Part shown: positions 30,187 to 39,670 of the stretch, piece after piece
Layout: each line of letters starts with the position of its first letter
How positions within the stretch are numbered: the first letter of the stretch is position 1
Assembly (NCBI GenBank): GCA_038207335.1
Contig: JBBQZX010000008.1
Coordinates: forward strand, 96,001-160,000
Reading direction: 5' to 3'
DNA length: 64,000 nt
DNA from: Chthoniobacterales bacterium
GTDB taxonomy: Bacteria > Verrucomicrobiota > Verrucomicrobiia > Chthoniobacterales > Chthoniobacteraceae
Position numbers and translations under genes: made by a program
Notes under the pieces: model-generated
The model's database searches: none
What the model was told of the DNA's origin: nothing
Seen by the model: only the letters and a program-made list of their open reading frames with translations

Positions 30187-32097
30187 ATGACTCTGGAGCG
30201 TGAAACATGGATGCCGCCGACGGGCGAAGGCGACGTGGGGTTCCATCTGATGTTCGATCAGAATCCGGTGCCGATGTGGGTCTATGATCACGAGACTCTG
30301 GCCTTTCTCGCGGTGAACAATGCTGCTGTGGAAAAATACGGCTGGCCGCGCGAGGAATTCCTCACGCTCACGATCGAGGATGTGCTGCCGCGCGAGGATT
30401 TGCCGTTTTTTCGGGAATATCGCGTGAATACCGCGCACGAGGTTTCCTCGGGCCGCAACGCGACAATTCCGTGCCAGCATCGGACTCGCACGGGACGGCT
30501 GATCGACATCGAAAGCACCTGGCATGTGATGCCGCTCGGCGACCGGATGGGCGTGCTCGTGATCAATTGCGACCGCTCCGAGCAGAAGCAGATTGAAGAG
30601 AAAATTCGCGAGCAGGCGAGCCTGCTCGACCTCGCCGCGGATGCGATCGTGGTGCGCGATCTCGACCACCGCATTTTGTTTTGGAATCAAGGCGCAGAGC
30701 GGCTCTACGGCTGGTCCACCGAGGAGGCGGTGGGTGCGAAAACGACGGATCTCTTCGCCGGAGACGCCGCGGTTTTTGCTCAGGCATTCAAGGCGCTGCT
30801 GGATCGCGGCATCTGGTCCGGGGAGCTGCAGCAGGCGCGTAAAGATGGGCGCGAAGTGTCGGTCAACAGCCGGTGGACACTAGTCTCGGATGACGCCGGG
30901 AGGCCGAAGTCGGTGCTCGTTTTTAATACCGACATGACGGAGACGAAAAAGCTCGAGTCGCAGTTCCTGCGCGCGCAGCGGCTGGAGTCGATTGGCACGC
31001 TTGCGAGCGGGATCGCGCATGATTTGAACAACATCTTGTCGCCGATCCTGATGTCCGTAGGGATGCTGCGGAACACGGTTAAAGGCGCGTCCGCCGAGCG
31101 GATGCTCGGGATCATCGAGAGCAGCGCGGAGCGGGGCGCAGGGATCGTGAAGCAGGTGCTCACATTTGCGCGCGGCGTGGAGGGCGAGCGCGTGCTTTTG
31201 CAGCCGAAGCATCTCATCGGCGAGCTGTCGAAAATCATGGCGCAGACGTTTCCGCGCAACATCGACATCCAGACGCAATTTTCGCCCGACTTGTGGACGG
31301 TGCTCGGCGATGCGACGCAGCTTCATCAGGTGCTGCTGAATCTCTCCGTGAATGCGCGCGACGCGATGTCCGGCGGCGGCACGCTCACGATCGGGGGCGA
31401 GAACGTCGATGTGGACGCGCACTTCGCCAGCATGAACCCCGGCGCGCAGCTCGGCCCGCACGTCGCACTCCGCGTCTCCGACACCGGCAGCGGCATGTCG
31501 GCTGAGACGATGGAGAAAATTTTCGATCCATTTTTCACCACGAAAGAAGTGGGCAAAGGCACTGGGCTCGGCCTCGCGACGGTGATCGGCATCGTAAAAA
31601 GCCACGGCGGTTTCCTCACGCTCCAGAGCACGATCGGAGTCGGGACGGTGTTCAAAGTTTTTGTCCCCGCATCGACTCAAGCGGAGCAAAGCAACTCGCC
31701 CGCGGAGGCTGCGGCGCCGCCGCGAGGCAATGGCCAACGCATCCTCGTGGTCGATGACGAAGCGGCGATCCGCGAGGCGCTCGTCAGCACGCTCGAGGTG
31801 AATGGCTATCACGTTTTCACAGCGGAGGATGGCACGGATGCGCTCGCCCTTTACTTCCAGCGGCGGGATGAAATCGCGCTCATCATCACCGACATCTCGA
31901 TGGGCCAGATGGACGGCGTCGCGCTCACCCGCGCCGTGAAAAAGCTAAATCCCGCGGCGCGCATCATCGTCTCCAGCGGCCATTTTCAAAAAGAAAACAC
32001 CTCGATCCTCAACGGCCTCGGAGTGAAGGAACTCCTCGATAAACCCTACTCCGCCGACAAGCTCCTGCGATGCGTCGCGGGCGCGCTGAAGCAGTAG
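30187..32097 (+). CDS. Cytoplasmic hybrid histidine kinase PAS-PAS-HisKA-HATPase-REC
   Basis: Two PAS motifs, GIAHDLNN, NARDAM, DTGSG, PFFTTK, GTGLGL, REC with VVDD/TDISM/KP. Confidence 0.93.
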   Translation: MTLERETWMPPTGEGDVGFHLMFDQNPVPMWVYDHETLAFLAVNNAAVEKYGWPREEFLTLTIEDVLPREDLPFFREYRVNTAHEVSSGRNATIPCQHRTRTGRLIDIESTWHVMPLGDRMGVLVINCDRSEQKQIEEKIREQASLLDLAADAIVVRDLDHRILFWNQGAERLYGWSTEEAVGAKTTDLFAGDAAVFAQAFKALLDRGIWSGELQQARKDGREVSVNSRWTLVSDDAGRPKSVLVFNTDMTETKKLESQFLRAQRLESIGTLASGIAHDLNNILSPILMSVGMLRNTVKGASAERMLGIIESSAERGAGIVKQVLTFARGVEGERVLLQPKHLIGELSKIMAQTFPRNIDIQTQFSPDLWTVLGDATQLHQVLLNLSVNARDAMSGGGTLTIGGENVDVDAHFASMNPGAQLGPHVALRVSDTGSGMSAETMEKIFDPFFTTKEVGKGTGLGLATVIGIVKSHGGFLTLQSTIGVGTVFKVFVPASTQAEQSNSPAEAAAPPRGNGQRILVVDDEAAIREALVSTLEVNGYHVFTAEDGTDALALYFQRRDEIALIITDISMGQMDGVALTRAVKKLNPAARIIVSSGHFQKENTSILNGLGVKELLDKPYSADKLLRCVAGALKQ

Positions 32098-32184
32098 CCG
32101 AGGTCGTCGATCCCGGCTGCAGCCTGCAGGCGAGCCTTCTTTCCCCAATCGCGGTTCTCACCGGGCTTGGCAATCCCCGGCTGC
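32094..32184. repeat. GTAG-type REP-like palindrome pair
   Basis: GTAGCCGAGGTCGTCGATCCCGGC (32094-32117) ... CCGGGCTTGGCAATCCCCGGCTGC; same family as 44552. Confidence 0.6.
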
Positions 32185-32258
32185 GACCAAGCGCGAACCC
32201 GCCTTCGCGCAACTCTCAACTTTCCACCCTCCGCTTCCCCTCCTACCTTCCCCGCCCC

Positions 32259-33062
32259 ATGTCCTGGATCACGAAGTTCGTAAAATTCCGCGAAAAGTCC
32301 GACGGCGAAGTCGTCAAGCCCTTCCTAGACCACATGGAGGACCTCCGCTGGACCATCATCAAGATGGCCCTCGTCCAGGTCACCTCAATGATCATCGCCT
32401 TCTACTTCCGCACTGATTTGGTGCGGCTCCTTCAGCTTCCGCTGGAAAAAGTCGATCCCTCCCTGCCCGGCAAACTCATTATCAGCGGCATCGCCGACTC
32501 GTTCATCATCTCGCTCGAGCTCGCCTTCTTCGCAGGCATCGCGATGGCCTTCCCGTTCCTCGTCTATTTTCTCGCCGAATTCGTCCTCCCCGCCCTCACT
32601 CGGCAAGAGCGCAAATACCTCGGGCCCGGCATCTTCGTCGCTTTCGGCCTTTTCCTCGCCGGCGTTTACATCGCCTACGAATACCTCCTCCCTACCACCG
32701 TCGGCTTCTTCTGGCGCGACGCGGAAAAGATGCACCTCACCGTCCTCTGGACCTGGAACAACTACTTCTCATTCGCCGCGTGGCTCTGCATCGGCTTCGG
32801 CCTGATGTGCGAAATCCCGGTCATCATCATCGTCCTCGCCCTCCTCGGCTTCATCAGCTTCGCCTTATTGAATAGGACGCGCCCCTACGCCTACACCGCG
32901 ATCCTCATCCTCTCCGCCGTCATCGCTCCGACCCCCGACCCGATGACCTTCATCTCGCTGAGTGTCCCCATCGTGGCGATGTATGAATGCTGTATCTGGG
33001 TCGTCTATTTCATCGACCGCAAAAAGCGCAACCGAAGCTCGGCGAAAGACTTCCCGGACTGA
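32259..33062 (+). CDS. tatC: Twin-arginine translocase subunit TatC
   Basis: FLDHMEDLR, F-LPAL...E, E-P, APTPDP, YE. Confidence 0.92.
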   Translation: MSWITKFVKFREKSDGEVVKPFLDHMEDLRWTIIKMALVQVTSMIIAFYFRTDLVRLLQLPLEKVDPSLPGKLIISGIADSFIISLELAFFAGIAMAFPFLVYFLAEFVLPALTRQERKYLGPGIFVAFGLFLAGVYIAYEYLLPTTVGFFWRDAEKMHLTVLWTWNNYFSFAAWLCIGFGLMCEIPVIIIVLALLGFISFALLNRTRPYAYTAILILSAVIAPTPDPMTFISLSVPIVAMYECCIWVVYFIDRKKRNRSSAKDFPD

Positions 33063-33364
33063 GACAAAGGCGCCGGGACGCGACGTTAAGAGTTGCCGGT
33101 TTTTAGAATATTCGCGGCTCCGCAGCGGCAGGTCATCCATCGAGACCGAGCAAGATTTCAGAACCTTCAGCCTGTTCCTCATCTGGCGGAAGTCCTGCAA
33201 AAAGGGGCGTCTCAGCGCGTGAATTTCAGCAACGACATAAACGTTGGGCGTTGAAATGTTCAGCCCGCACGGCGGCCGCATCCTCCGGCTTCGACGTTCG
33301 ACCTTAATTGTTTCGACGTTTTCCTAATACTCTCCCACGGCCGCCCGTATCCCGACTGAACCCC

Positions 33365-33925
33365 ATGCCCGCCGAAGCCGTCCATCTTCGCTCCCTGCTC
33401 GACCGCTACGAGCGCCCGCTTGTCCGATACGCGCAGAGCATCGTCGGCGATTTGGAAAGCGCGCGCGACGTGGCGCAAGAGACCTTCATCAAATTCGTCG
33501 AAACCGGCGGCCCGCGCAGCGACGGCCCCGGCGAGCCTGACCCGAGGCATGTCGAGTCGTGGCTTTTCACCGTCACCCGCAACCGCGCCATCGACTGCCA
33601 GCGCAAACAAAGCCGCATCGTCCCCATGAATCCCCTCGATCACGAACACCGCTCCAGCGACGAGCCCGGGCCCGCCGCCGTCATGGAAAGCCGCGAACTC
33701 GCCGGCTCACTTTTCCACCTCCTCGACTCGCTCTCGGATAACCAGCGCGAAGTCATCCGCCTCAAATTTCAGAACGACCTCAGCTACAAAGAAATCGCCG
33801 ACGTCACGCGCCTCAGCGTCACGAATGTCGGCTTCCTCCTCCACACCGGGCTCAAAAAATTGCGCGCCCTGCTCGACGAGCAGCCGCGCACCGCATTCGA
33901 GCTCCCACTCCGCCAAACGTCATGA
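33365..33925 (+). CDS. ECF sigma-70 factor
   Basis: ARDVAQETF, WLFTVTRNRAID, LSYKEIA. Confidence 0.92.
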   Translation: MPAEAVHLRSLLDRYERPLVRYAQSIVGDLESARDVAQETFIKFVETGGPRSDGPGEPDPRHVESWLFTVTRNRAIDCQRKQSRIVPMNPLDHEHRSSDEPGPAAVMESRELAGSLFHLLDSLSDNQREVIRLKFQNDLSYKEIADVTRLSVTNVGFLLHTGLKKLRALLDEQPRTAFELPLRQTS

Positions 33926-36648
33926 ACCTCGACGACCCCAAACTCACCGCATACGCCCTCCACGAACTCGACCCCGCCGAGCGCGCCGAACTCGAAGCCC
34001 TACTCCGCGACGACCCCGACGCGCTCACTGCCGTCGAGGAGACGCGCACTTTCGCCGCCACGCTCCGAGCCGAGCTCGCCGCCGAGCCCGCGCAGCCGCT
34101 GCACGAGTCGCAGCGGGTCCTTCTTTTGGAAAAAGCAGCCGTCGCGGATTCCGATCGCGCCTCCGAAAACCCGCACGCCGGGAACGGATTGCGTCCGGTC
34201 AAGGTGGGAGTCCTGCCGATGCCTTCCGGTCGCGGCAAGCGCTCGTGGATTCCCGCCGCCATCGCAGCGAGTATCATCGTCACCGCTGGCATCGCCGGAG
34301 TGTGGGGCCTCTTCCGCTATGAAGGCCTCGACGCAGTCATCGCGAGCAGCGGCATCTCCGACCCGCGGCCCATTTCTCCGCGTCTCGGAGACGGAATCAT
34401 CGTCAGCATTGGCGACGCGATCACCGGCAAGAAAGTCGGGCAGCAACTTTACGCCAGCAATGACCGCTTCATCGTGGACGGGGACATGCCGCCGGTTTCG
34501 GCGCCATCTGAGCAGCTCGCCTCGGCTCCCAAATCCGCGCAATCCGCCCCGATCGTCAATGCGATCACCTCGACGACGACAGCGGGCCGCGGTGAGACGG
34601 TCGCTGAGCAGCTTGCGAAAATGCCGGCGCTCGCTCGATCCAAAGACTGGAGCGGACAGGTGGTGCCGGAGAAGCCCGCGAAAGGCACATCGGAAACTGT
34701 GGATTTGAACACCGCTTCTGAAGGCACGCATTGGGACTCTCAGGGGGGTGCAATCCGTACCTACACAAAGGGTCTGCCAGCCACGATGGCTGGACGCGCC
34801 GGAGGCATCGCCCGCGCAAAAGAAAACCAGAACGCGGTTCCGTCCCCTTCTTACACGAAAAAAGCCGAAGAACCCGGCTCGCCTGCCGACAAATCGAAGT
34901 TACTGGCCGACACCCAAACTTTCTTAGCCGCTGGACGTTACGATATGGCTGCAAAGAACGCAGGGCAGATTCTCAGTGCTGACCCGACGAACATCGTAGC
35001 CCGCAAGGCGATGGAGACCATCAATACGGCCAGGGAGCGTTACGCAGCCTCGGCGTACAACGAAGCGCGTTCGCGGGCGATTTGGAAACTCGACCCAGCG
35101 CCGAGTGGTGATCGCCTAGCCGCTGGTAACGCCCCCGCCGACGTTCAGTTGCAGCAGAACTACGTAACGCTCAATGAGCCGCGGGACCTCTCGTTCGAGA
35201 CTGCCTCGAAGGCGGATACCGCCTCGTACGAAGCTCTCACCGACAACGCCTTCCTCCGCGTCGGCGATGCGCCGCTCTCCACGTTCTCCATCGATGTCGA
35301 TACCGCGAGCTACGCCAATGTGCGCCGCTTTCTCAACGACCACACGCTGCCGCCGCCCGCCGCCGTCCGCGTCGAGGAACTCGTGAATTATTTCCACTAC
35401 GACTACCCGCAGCCGGATGGCGCCGCGCCTTTCTCCAGCACCATGGAAGTCGCCGCCTGCCCGTGGGCACCCGAGCATCGGCTCGTCCGCATCGGCCTGC
35501 ATGGCCGCGAGATTCAGCGCGACGACCGCGCCGCGAGCAATCTCGTCTTTCTCGTCGATGTCTCCGGCTCCATGCACCCCGCCGAGCGGCTTCCACTCTT
35601 GAAGCGCAGCATGGCGCTCCTCGTCGATCAGCTCACCGAGCGCGACTCCGTGGCCATCGTCGTCTATGCCGGCAGCGGCGGCTGTGCGCTCGACTCCACG
35701 CATGACAAACGCGCCGTCCGCGACGCCCTCGACCGGCTCGAAAGCGGCGGCTCCACGAACGGCGCGAGCGGCATCCAGCTCGCTTACGAGATCGCGCAAA
35801 AGCACTTCATCAAAGGCGGCACCAACCGTGTCATCTTGGCGACCGATGGCGATTTCAACGTCGGCATCACCGACCAGAGCGAACTCGTGCGGCTCATCGA
35901 GAGGAAAGCGAAAGGCGGCGTCTTCCTGACGTGCCTTGGCTTTGGCACCGACAATCTCAAAGACTCCACGCTCGAGAAACTCGCCGACAAAGGGAACGGC
36001 AACTACGCCTACATCGACTCGCTCACCGAGGGCCGCCGCGTGCTCGTCGAGCAGATGGCCGGGACGCTCATCACCATCGCGAAAGACGTGAAAATCCAGG
36101 TCGAATTCAACCCTTCGAAAGTTGGCGCGTATCGGCTCATCGGGTATGAAAATCGGCTGCTGAAAAAAGAAGACTTCAACGACGACACGAAGGACGCTGG
36201 CGAGATCGGCAGCGGCACCACCGTCACCGCGCTCTACGAGATCGTTCCTCCGGGAAAAGAGATCGCGCCCACGACCGGGGTCGATCCGCTGAAATACCAA
36301 TCGGCTGCGAAACAAGCGCCAGAGCCGCTTCCCGAGCCACCCGCCAATCCGAGCCCCGAGCTCCTCACGCTGAAACTTCGCTACAAAGCGCCCGACGGCG
36401 ACACCAGCAAGCTCCTCTCATTCCCGCTCACCGACACCGGCGCGCCGCTCGCGAAATCCTCGCGCGACTTCCGCTTCGCCGCCGCCGTCGCCAGCTTCGG
36501 GATGCTCCTGCGCGAGTCCCCACACCGCGGCGACGCGACCTTCGACAGCACGTTGGAGCTGGCAAAAGAAGGCAAAGGCGACGACCGCGACGGCTACCGC
36601 GCAGAGTTTATCGGGCTGGTGGAAAAGGCGAAAGCCCTCGCGCACTGA
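33922..36648 (+). CDS. Anti-sigma-like N-terminus + TM + linker + YfbK-like vWF_A/VWA/DUF3520 protein
   Basis: LTAYALHEL..E...LE..L, TM WIPAAIAASIIV, STFSIDVDTASY, MIDAS DVSGS, LATDGDFNVG, YRLIGYENR; ATGA-coupled to the ECF gene. Confidence 0.88.
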   Translation: MNLDDPKLTAYALHELDPAERAELEALLRDDPDALTAVEETRTFAATLRAELAAEPAQPLHESQRVLLLEKAAVADSDRASENPHAGNGLRPVKVGVLPMPSGRGKRSWIPAAIAASIIVTAGIAGVWGLFRYEGLDAVIASSGISDPRPISPRLGDGIIVSIGDAITGKKVGQQLYASNDRFIVDGDMPPVSAPSEQLASAPKSAQSAPIVNAITSTTTAGRGETVAEQLAKMPALARSKDWSGQVVPEKPAKGTSETVDLNTASEGTHWDSQGGAIRTYTKGLPATMAGRAGGIARAKENQNAVPSPSYTKKAEEPGSPADKSKLLADTQTFLAAGRYDMAAKNAGQILSADPTNIVARKAMETINTARERYAASAYNEARSRAIWKLDPAPSGDRLAAGNAPADVQLQQNYVTLNEPRDLSFETASKADTASYEALTDNAFLRVGDAPLSTFSIDVDTASYANVRRFLNDHTLPPPAAVRVEELVNYFHYDYPQPDGAAPFSSTMEVAACPWAPEHRLVRIGLHGREIQRDDRAASNLVFLVDVSGSMHPAERLPLLKRSMALLVDQLTERDSVAIVVYAGSGGCALDSTHDKRAVRDALDRLESGGSTNGASGIQLAYEIAQKHFIKGGTNRVILATDGDFNVGITDQSELVRLIERKAKGGVFLTCLGFGTDNLKDSTLEKLADKGNGNYAYIDSLTEGRRVLVEQMAGTLITIAKDVKIQVEFNPSKVGAYRLIGYENRLLKKEDFNDDTKDAGEIGSGTTVTALYEIVPPGKEIAPTTGVDPLKYQSAAKQAPEPLPEPPANPSPELLTLKLRYKAPDGDTSKLLSFPLTDTGAPLAKSSRDFRFAAAVASFGMLLRESPHRGDATFDSTLELAKEGKGDDRDGYRAEFIGLVEKAKALAH

Positions 36649-36698
36649 GGGGATAGCGCTGGGGCGCGCGCTCGTCCGCAACAGCCGCGCCTCAAAAT

Positions 36699-36725
36699 TC
36701 CGTCGAGTCGGGACGACTCGACGGA
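36699..36725. other. Perfect 12-bp stem-loop between the VWA gene and the kinase gene
   Basis: TCCGTCGAGTCG-GGA-CGACTCGACGGA, no U-tract. Confidence 0.65.
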
Positions 36726-36829
36726 CACTCGGGACACGCGACCAACCCGGCGAGAGTCGCGCGCGGCTCATCTCCCACATTTCCACGCCCGCGAGTACGC
36801 CTCCTGCTCATCTCATTTCCGGCCCTACC

Positions 36830-37537
36830 ATGCAGATCGACCACTCGGAATTTCAGGATCAACTTGTCCGCGGACTCGCGCACCGGATGAACAACATCCT
36901 GACACTTTTCCACGGATACGTCGGACTCATGCTCGATAATGGGAAGCTCGACAAGCCGACCACCGATGGCCTGAAAAAAATCCAAGACGGCGCGCGCGCC
37001 GCGACCGAACTCATGGATCGCACTCATTCGCTCGTTCGCCCAACCACCGTCGTCTGGCGCGAGATTCACCTTGGCGAATTCGTGCAACTGCTGCGTCCCG
37101 GCTTCGAGAGTTTCCGCGGGGCGAAGACCAATATCGAACTCGAAGTGGAGCAAGATTTACCCAATATATGGGGCGACATGAGCCGCGTGAAAGCGGCGAT
37201 CATCGAGCTTGTGCGCAACGCCTGCGACGCTGCCGGGTCAGGCGGCACCGTCACCATTTCGATCCACGGCGACGAGCCCGCGCCGAACGTGAGTTGCGCC
37301 GCGCAGCCGATCCGCTGGGTTTGCCTCAAAGTCACCGACGACGGTCCGGGCGTGCCGACCGAACTCGACGAGAAAATCTATGCGCCCTTTTTCTCCACGA
37401 AGAAAATGAAGAATTCTGCCGGCCTCGGCCTCGCCGTTGCGCAGGGCTCCGTCCAGCAGCTCGGTGGCCTAATCCGACACCGCAGCGTGCCGGGCCGCAC
37501 GACCTTCGAAATGCTCCTCCCGTCCCGCGGCGCGTAG
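36830..37537 (+). CDS. Histidine kinase core without a sensor domain
   Basis: LAHRMNN (His at residue 18), ELVRNACDA, DDGPG, PFFSTK, GLGL. Confidence 0.88.
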   Translation: MQIDHSEFQDQLVRGLAHRMNNILTLFHGYVGLMLDNGKLDKPTTDGLKKIQDGARAATELMDRTHSLVRPTTVVWREIHLGEFVQLLRPGFESFRGAKTNIELEVEQDLPNIWGDMSRVKAAIIELVRNACDAAGSGGTVTISIHGDEPAPNVSCAAQPIRWVCLKVTDDGPGVPTELDEKIYAPFFSTKKMKNSAGLGLAVAQGSVQQLGGLIRHRSVPGRTTFEMLLPSRGA

Positions 37538-37565
37538 CGCGTTCCACACGAAATTCGCCTCGGTG

Positions 37566-37599
37566 GTAGCGCAAGCCTCCGGCTTGAGAAATCGGCTAC
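37566..37599. repeat. GTAG-type REP-like hairpin between convergent genes
   Basis: GTAGCG-CAAGCC-TCC-GGCTTG ... CTAC. Confidence 0.5.
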
Positions 37600-38206
37600 A
37601 CCAGCTCGCCGGCTTTCATCTTCGCCATGCAGACGGGGCAAATGCCGTGCGAAAAATCGGTGCCCGTCTTTTCGTGGATGAAGACTTCGATCTCGTGCCA
37701 GTAGTCCTGATCGTCGCGGATGCTCTTGCAGTACATGCAGATCGGCAGCAGCCGCTTGAGGTTCTTCACGTCTTGGAGCGCTGTCTCGAGATCCACCACA
37801 CGCTTCGCCAGCACGCGCTCCAACTCCACCACGCGCTGCCCGACTTTCAGCCGCGCGCGCAGCTCGTCCGGGTCGAACGGCTTAACACGTAGTCATCCGC
37901 GCCCGCCTCCAGCCCTGCGGCGATCTCCTCTTTCTGGCTCTTCGCCGTCAGCAGGATCAGGTAAATATACGGTCGCCCGGTGCTCTCGCGGATGCGCTTG
38001 CAGACCTCGACTCCGTCCATTTTCGGCATCATCCAGTCGAGGATCGCGAGCGATGGCGCGTCGTCCCGCTCCAGCAGTTCGACCGCTTTTTCACCGTCCT
38101 CGGCGGCGATGACCTCGAAGCCCCAGTTTGTTAAATTTCGCTCCAGCAGATGGCGCGAAACGTAATGATCTTCGGCGATCAAAATGCGGTTCGGCAAATG
38201 GCTCAT
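37596..38206 (-). pseudogene. Response regulator (REC + C-terminal CxxC...SHGICPxC domain) broken by a 1-nt frameshift near 37884-37886
   Basis: Frame 1 gives ILIAED...LDWMMP...LLTA...GADDYV; another frame continues KPFDPDELRARLKVGQRVVEL...LPICMYCKSIRDD...FSHGICPVC. Confidence 0.85.
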
Positions 38207-38362
38207 GATTTTGGGGAAAGCAGCATACTGAAAGTATCGGAATTCAACACGCTTTGCGCGCATCGCATTCGATGGGAAGGCATTGTGAAATGGGAGCGAT
38301 CTTCTGGTCGTCGATTTGCGCTTTGCGCGCGCCACCTTTTCGCATCATTACTCGCTCCTTCG

Positions 38363-39670
38363 ATGAAAGTCTCCGATTTGCGCGGCATCCTGCAGTACGT
38401 CCCCCGCTTCCGGGATCGCATCTTCGTCGTCGCGGTGGATGGCGAAATCATTGCGTCTCCGAACTTCCAAAACATCCTGCTGGATCTCGCGGTGCTCCGC
38501 TCGCTGAGCGTCAAAGTCGTCCTCGTGCATGGCGCGGGACTCCAAATCCAACAGCTCGCCAAAGAGCGGGGAGTGGCGATTTCAAACGCCGACGGCATCG
38601 GGCTCACCGACGACGCGACTTTGAAAGTCAGTATCGAGGCGGCAACGAATGTGATGAGCGAGATCATGCAAGGGCTCACTTCCGTGGACCTGCGCGCGGC
38701 TTATGCAAATGCGATCGTCGCGCATCCCGCGGGCATCATCGGCGGCGTCGATCGGATGCACACGGGGCGCGTCGAGCGCGTCGATACGAAGTCGCTGCAT
38801 CTCTTTTTAAATGAGGGAATCATCCCGGTGATCCCGCCGCTCGGCTTCGACGGCGAGGGCCACACTTTTCGCGTGAACTCCGACGGTGTCGCGCTTGAGG
38901 TCGCTGAGTCGCTGCAGGCGATGAAGATCCTCTTTCTCTCCGCCGAAGCGCTCACGCAAAGCGGCGAGGTCGTGCGCCAGCTCTCGATCGTGGAGGCCGA
39001 GGAACTCGTGAAAAAGAAGAAGCCGATCGCCGCGCCGAAGCTCATCTCGAAGCTCGACCACGCCGCCCGCGCCTGTCGGCAGGGCATCCCGCGCGTGCAT
39101 CTGCTCGATGGCACGATCGACGAGGCGCTGCTCACCGAGGTCTTCAGCCACGGCGGCATCGGCACGATGGTTTACTCGAACGAGTACCAGCAGATTCGGC
39201 GCATTTTCAAAAAGGACGTCCGCGCGGTGATGGCGCTCATCCGGCAATCCGTGAGCAACGAAGAGCTCGTGCGGCGCACACGCGCGGACATCATCGCGCA
39301 TCTCGAAGATTATTGGGTGCTCGAGATCGACCGCCAGCTGGTGGGCTGCGTGGCGCTCCATCTTTACCCCGAGGAAAGCCAAGCCGAACTCGCGTGCCTC
39401 TACGTGAACAAGCACCAGGAAGGTGCCGGATACGGGCGCAAGCTGATGACTTTCGTCGAGCAGCTCGCGGCGGAAAAGGGGATGAAGCACGTCTTCGCGC
39501 TCTCAACGCAGGCCTACAATTATTTCGCGCAAAAAGGCGGATACATCGAGGTCTCGCCAAATTCGCTGCCACTCGCGCGTCGTGAGAAGTGGGGCGCGAG
39601 CGCGCGAAACTCCAAAGTCATGCGAAAGCCAACTGTTGCTCCCGGCGCGATCGAGGCGCCGCGCGCATGA
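38363..39670 (+). CDS. argA: Amino-acid N-acetyltransferase (N-acetylglutamate synthase, AAK + GNAT)
   Basis: LVHG, HTGRV, LLTEVFS..GIGTMV, AELACLYV, LST...F. Confidence 0.9.
   Translation: MKVSDLRGILQYVPRFRDRIFVVAVDGEIIASPNFQNILLDLAVLRSLSVKVVLVHGAGLQIQQLAKERGVAISNADGIGLTDDATLKVSIEAATNVMSEIMQGLTSVDLRAAYANAIVAHPAGIIGGVDRMHTGRVERVDTKSLHLFLNEGIIPVIPPLGFDGEGHTFRVNSDGVALEVAESLQAMKILFLSAEALTQSGEVVRQLSIVEAEELVKKKKPIAAPKLISKLDHAARACRQGIPRVHLLDGTIDEALLTEVFSHGGIGTMVYSNEYQQIRRIFKKDVRAVMALIRQSVSNEELVRRTRADIIAHLEDYWVLEIDRQLVGCVALHLYPEESQAELACLYVNKHQEGAGYGRKLMTFVEQLAAEKGMKHVFALSTQAYNYFAQKGGYIEVSPNSLPLARREKWGASARNSKVMRKPTVAPGAIEAPRA

Noticed and set aside
32865..33281. 138-aa minus-strand ORF between tatC and the ECF gene
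   Set aside because: Overlaps tatC, has no motifs and atypical composition; not supportable
37880..37890. Programmed ribosomal frameshift in the response regulator
   Set aside because: No slippery heptamer, homopolymer or evident stimulatory structure
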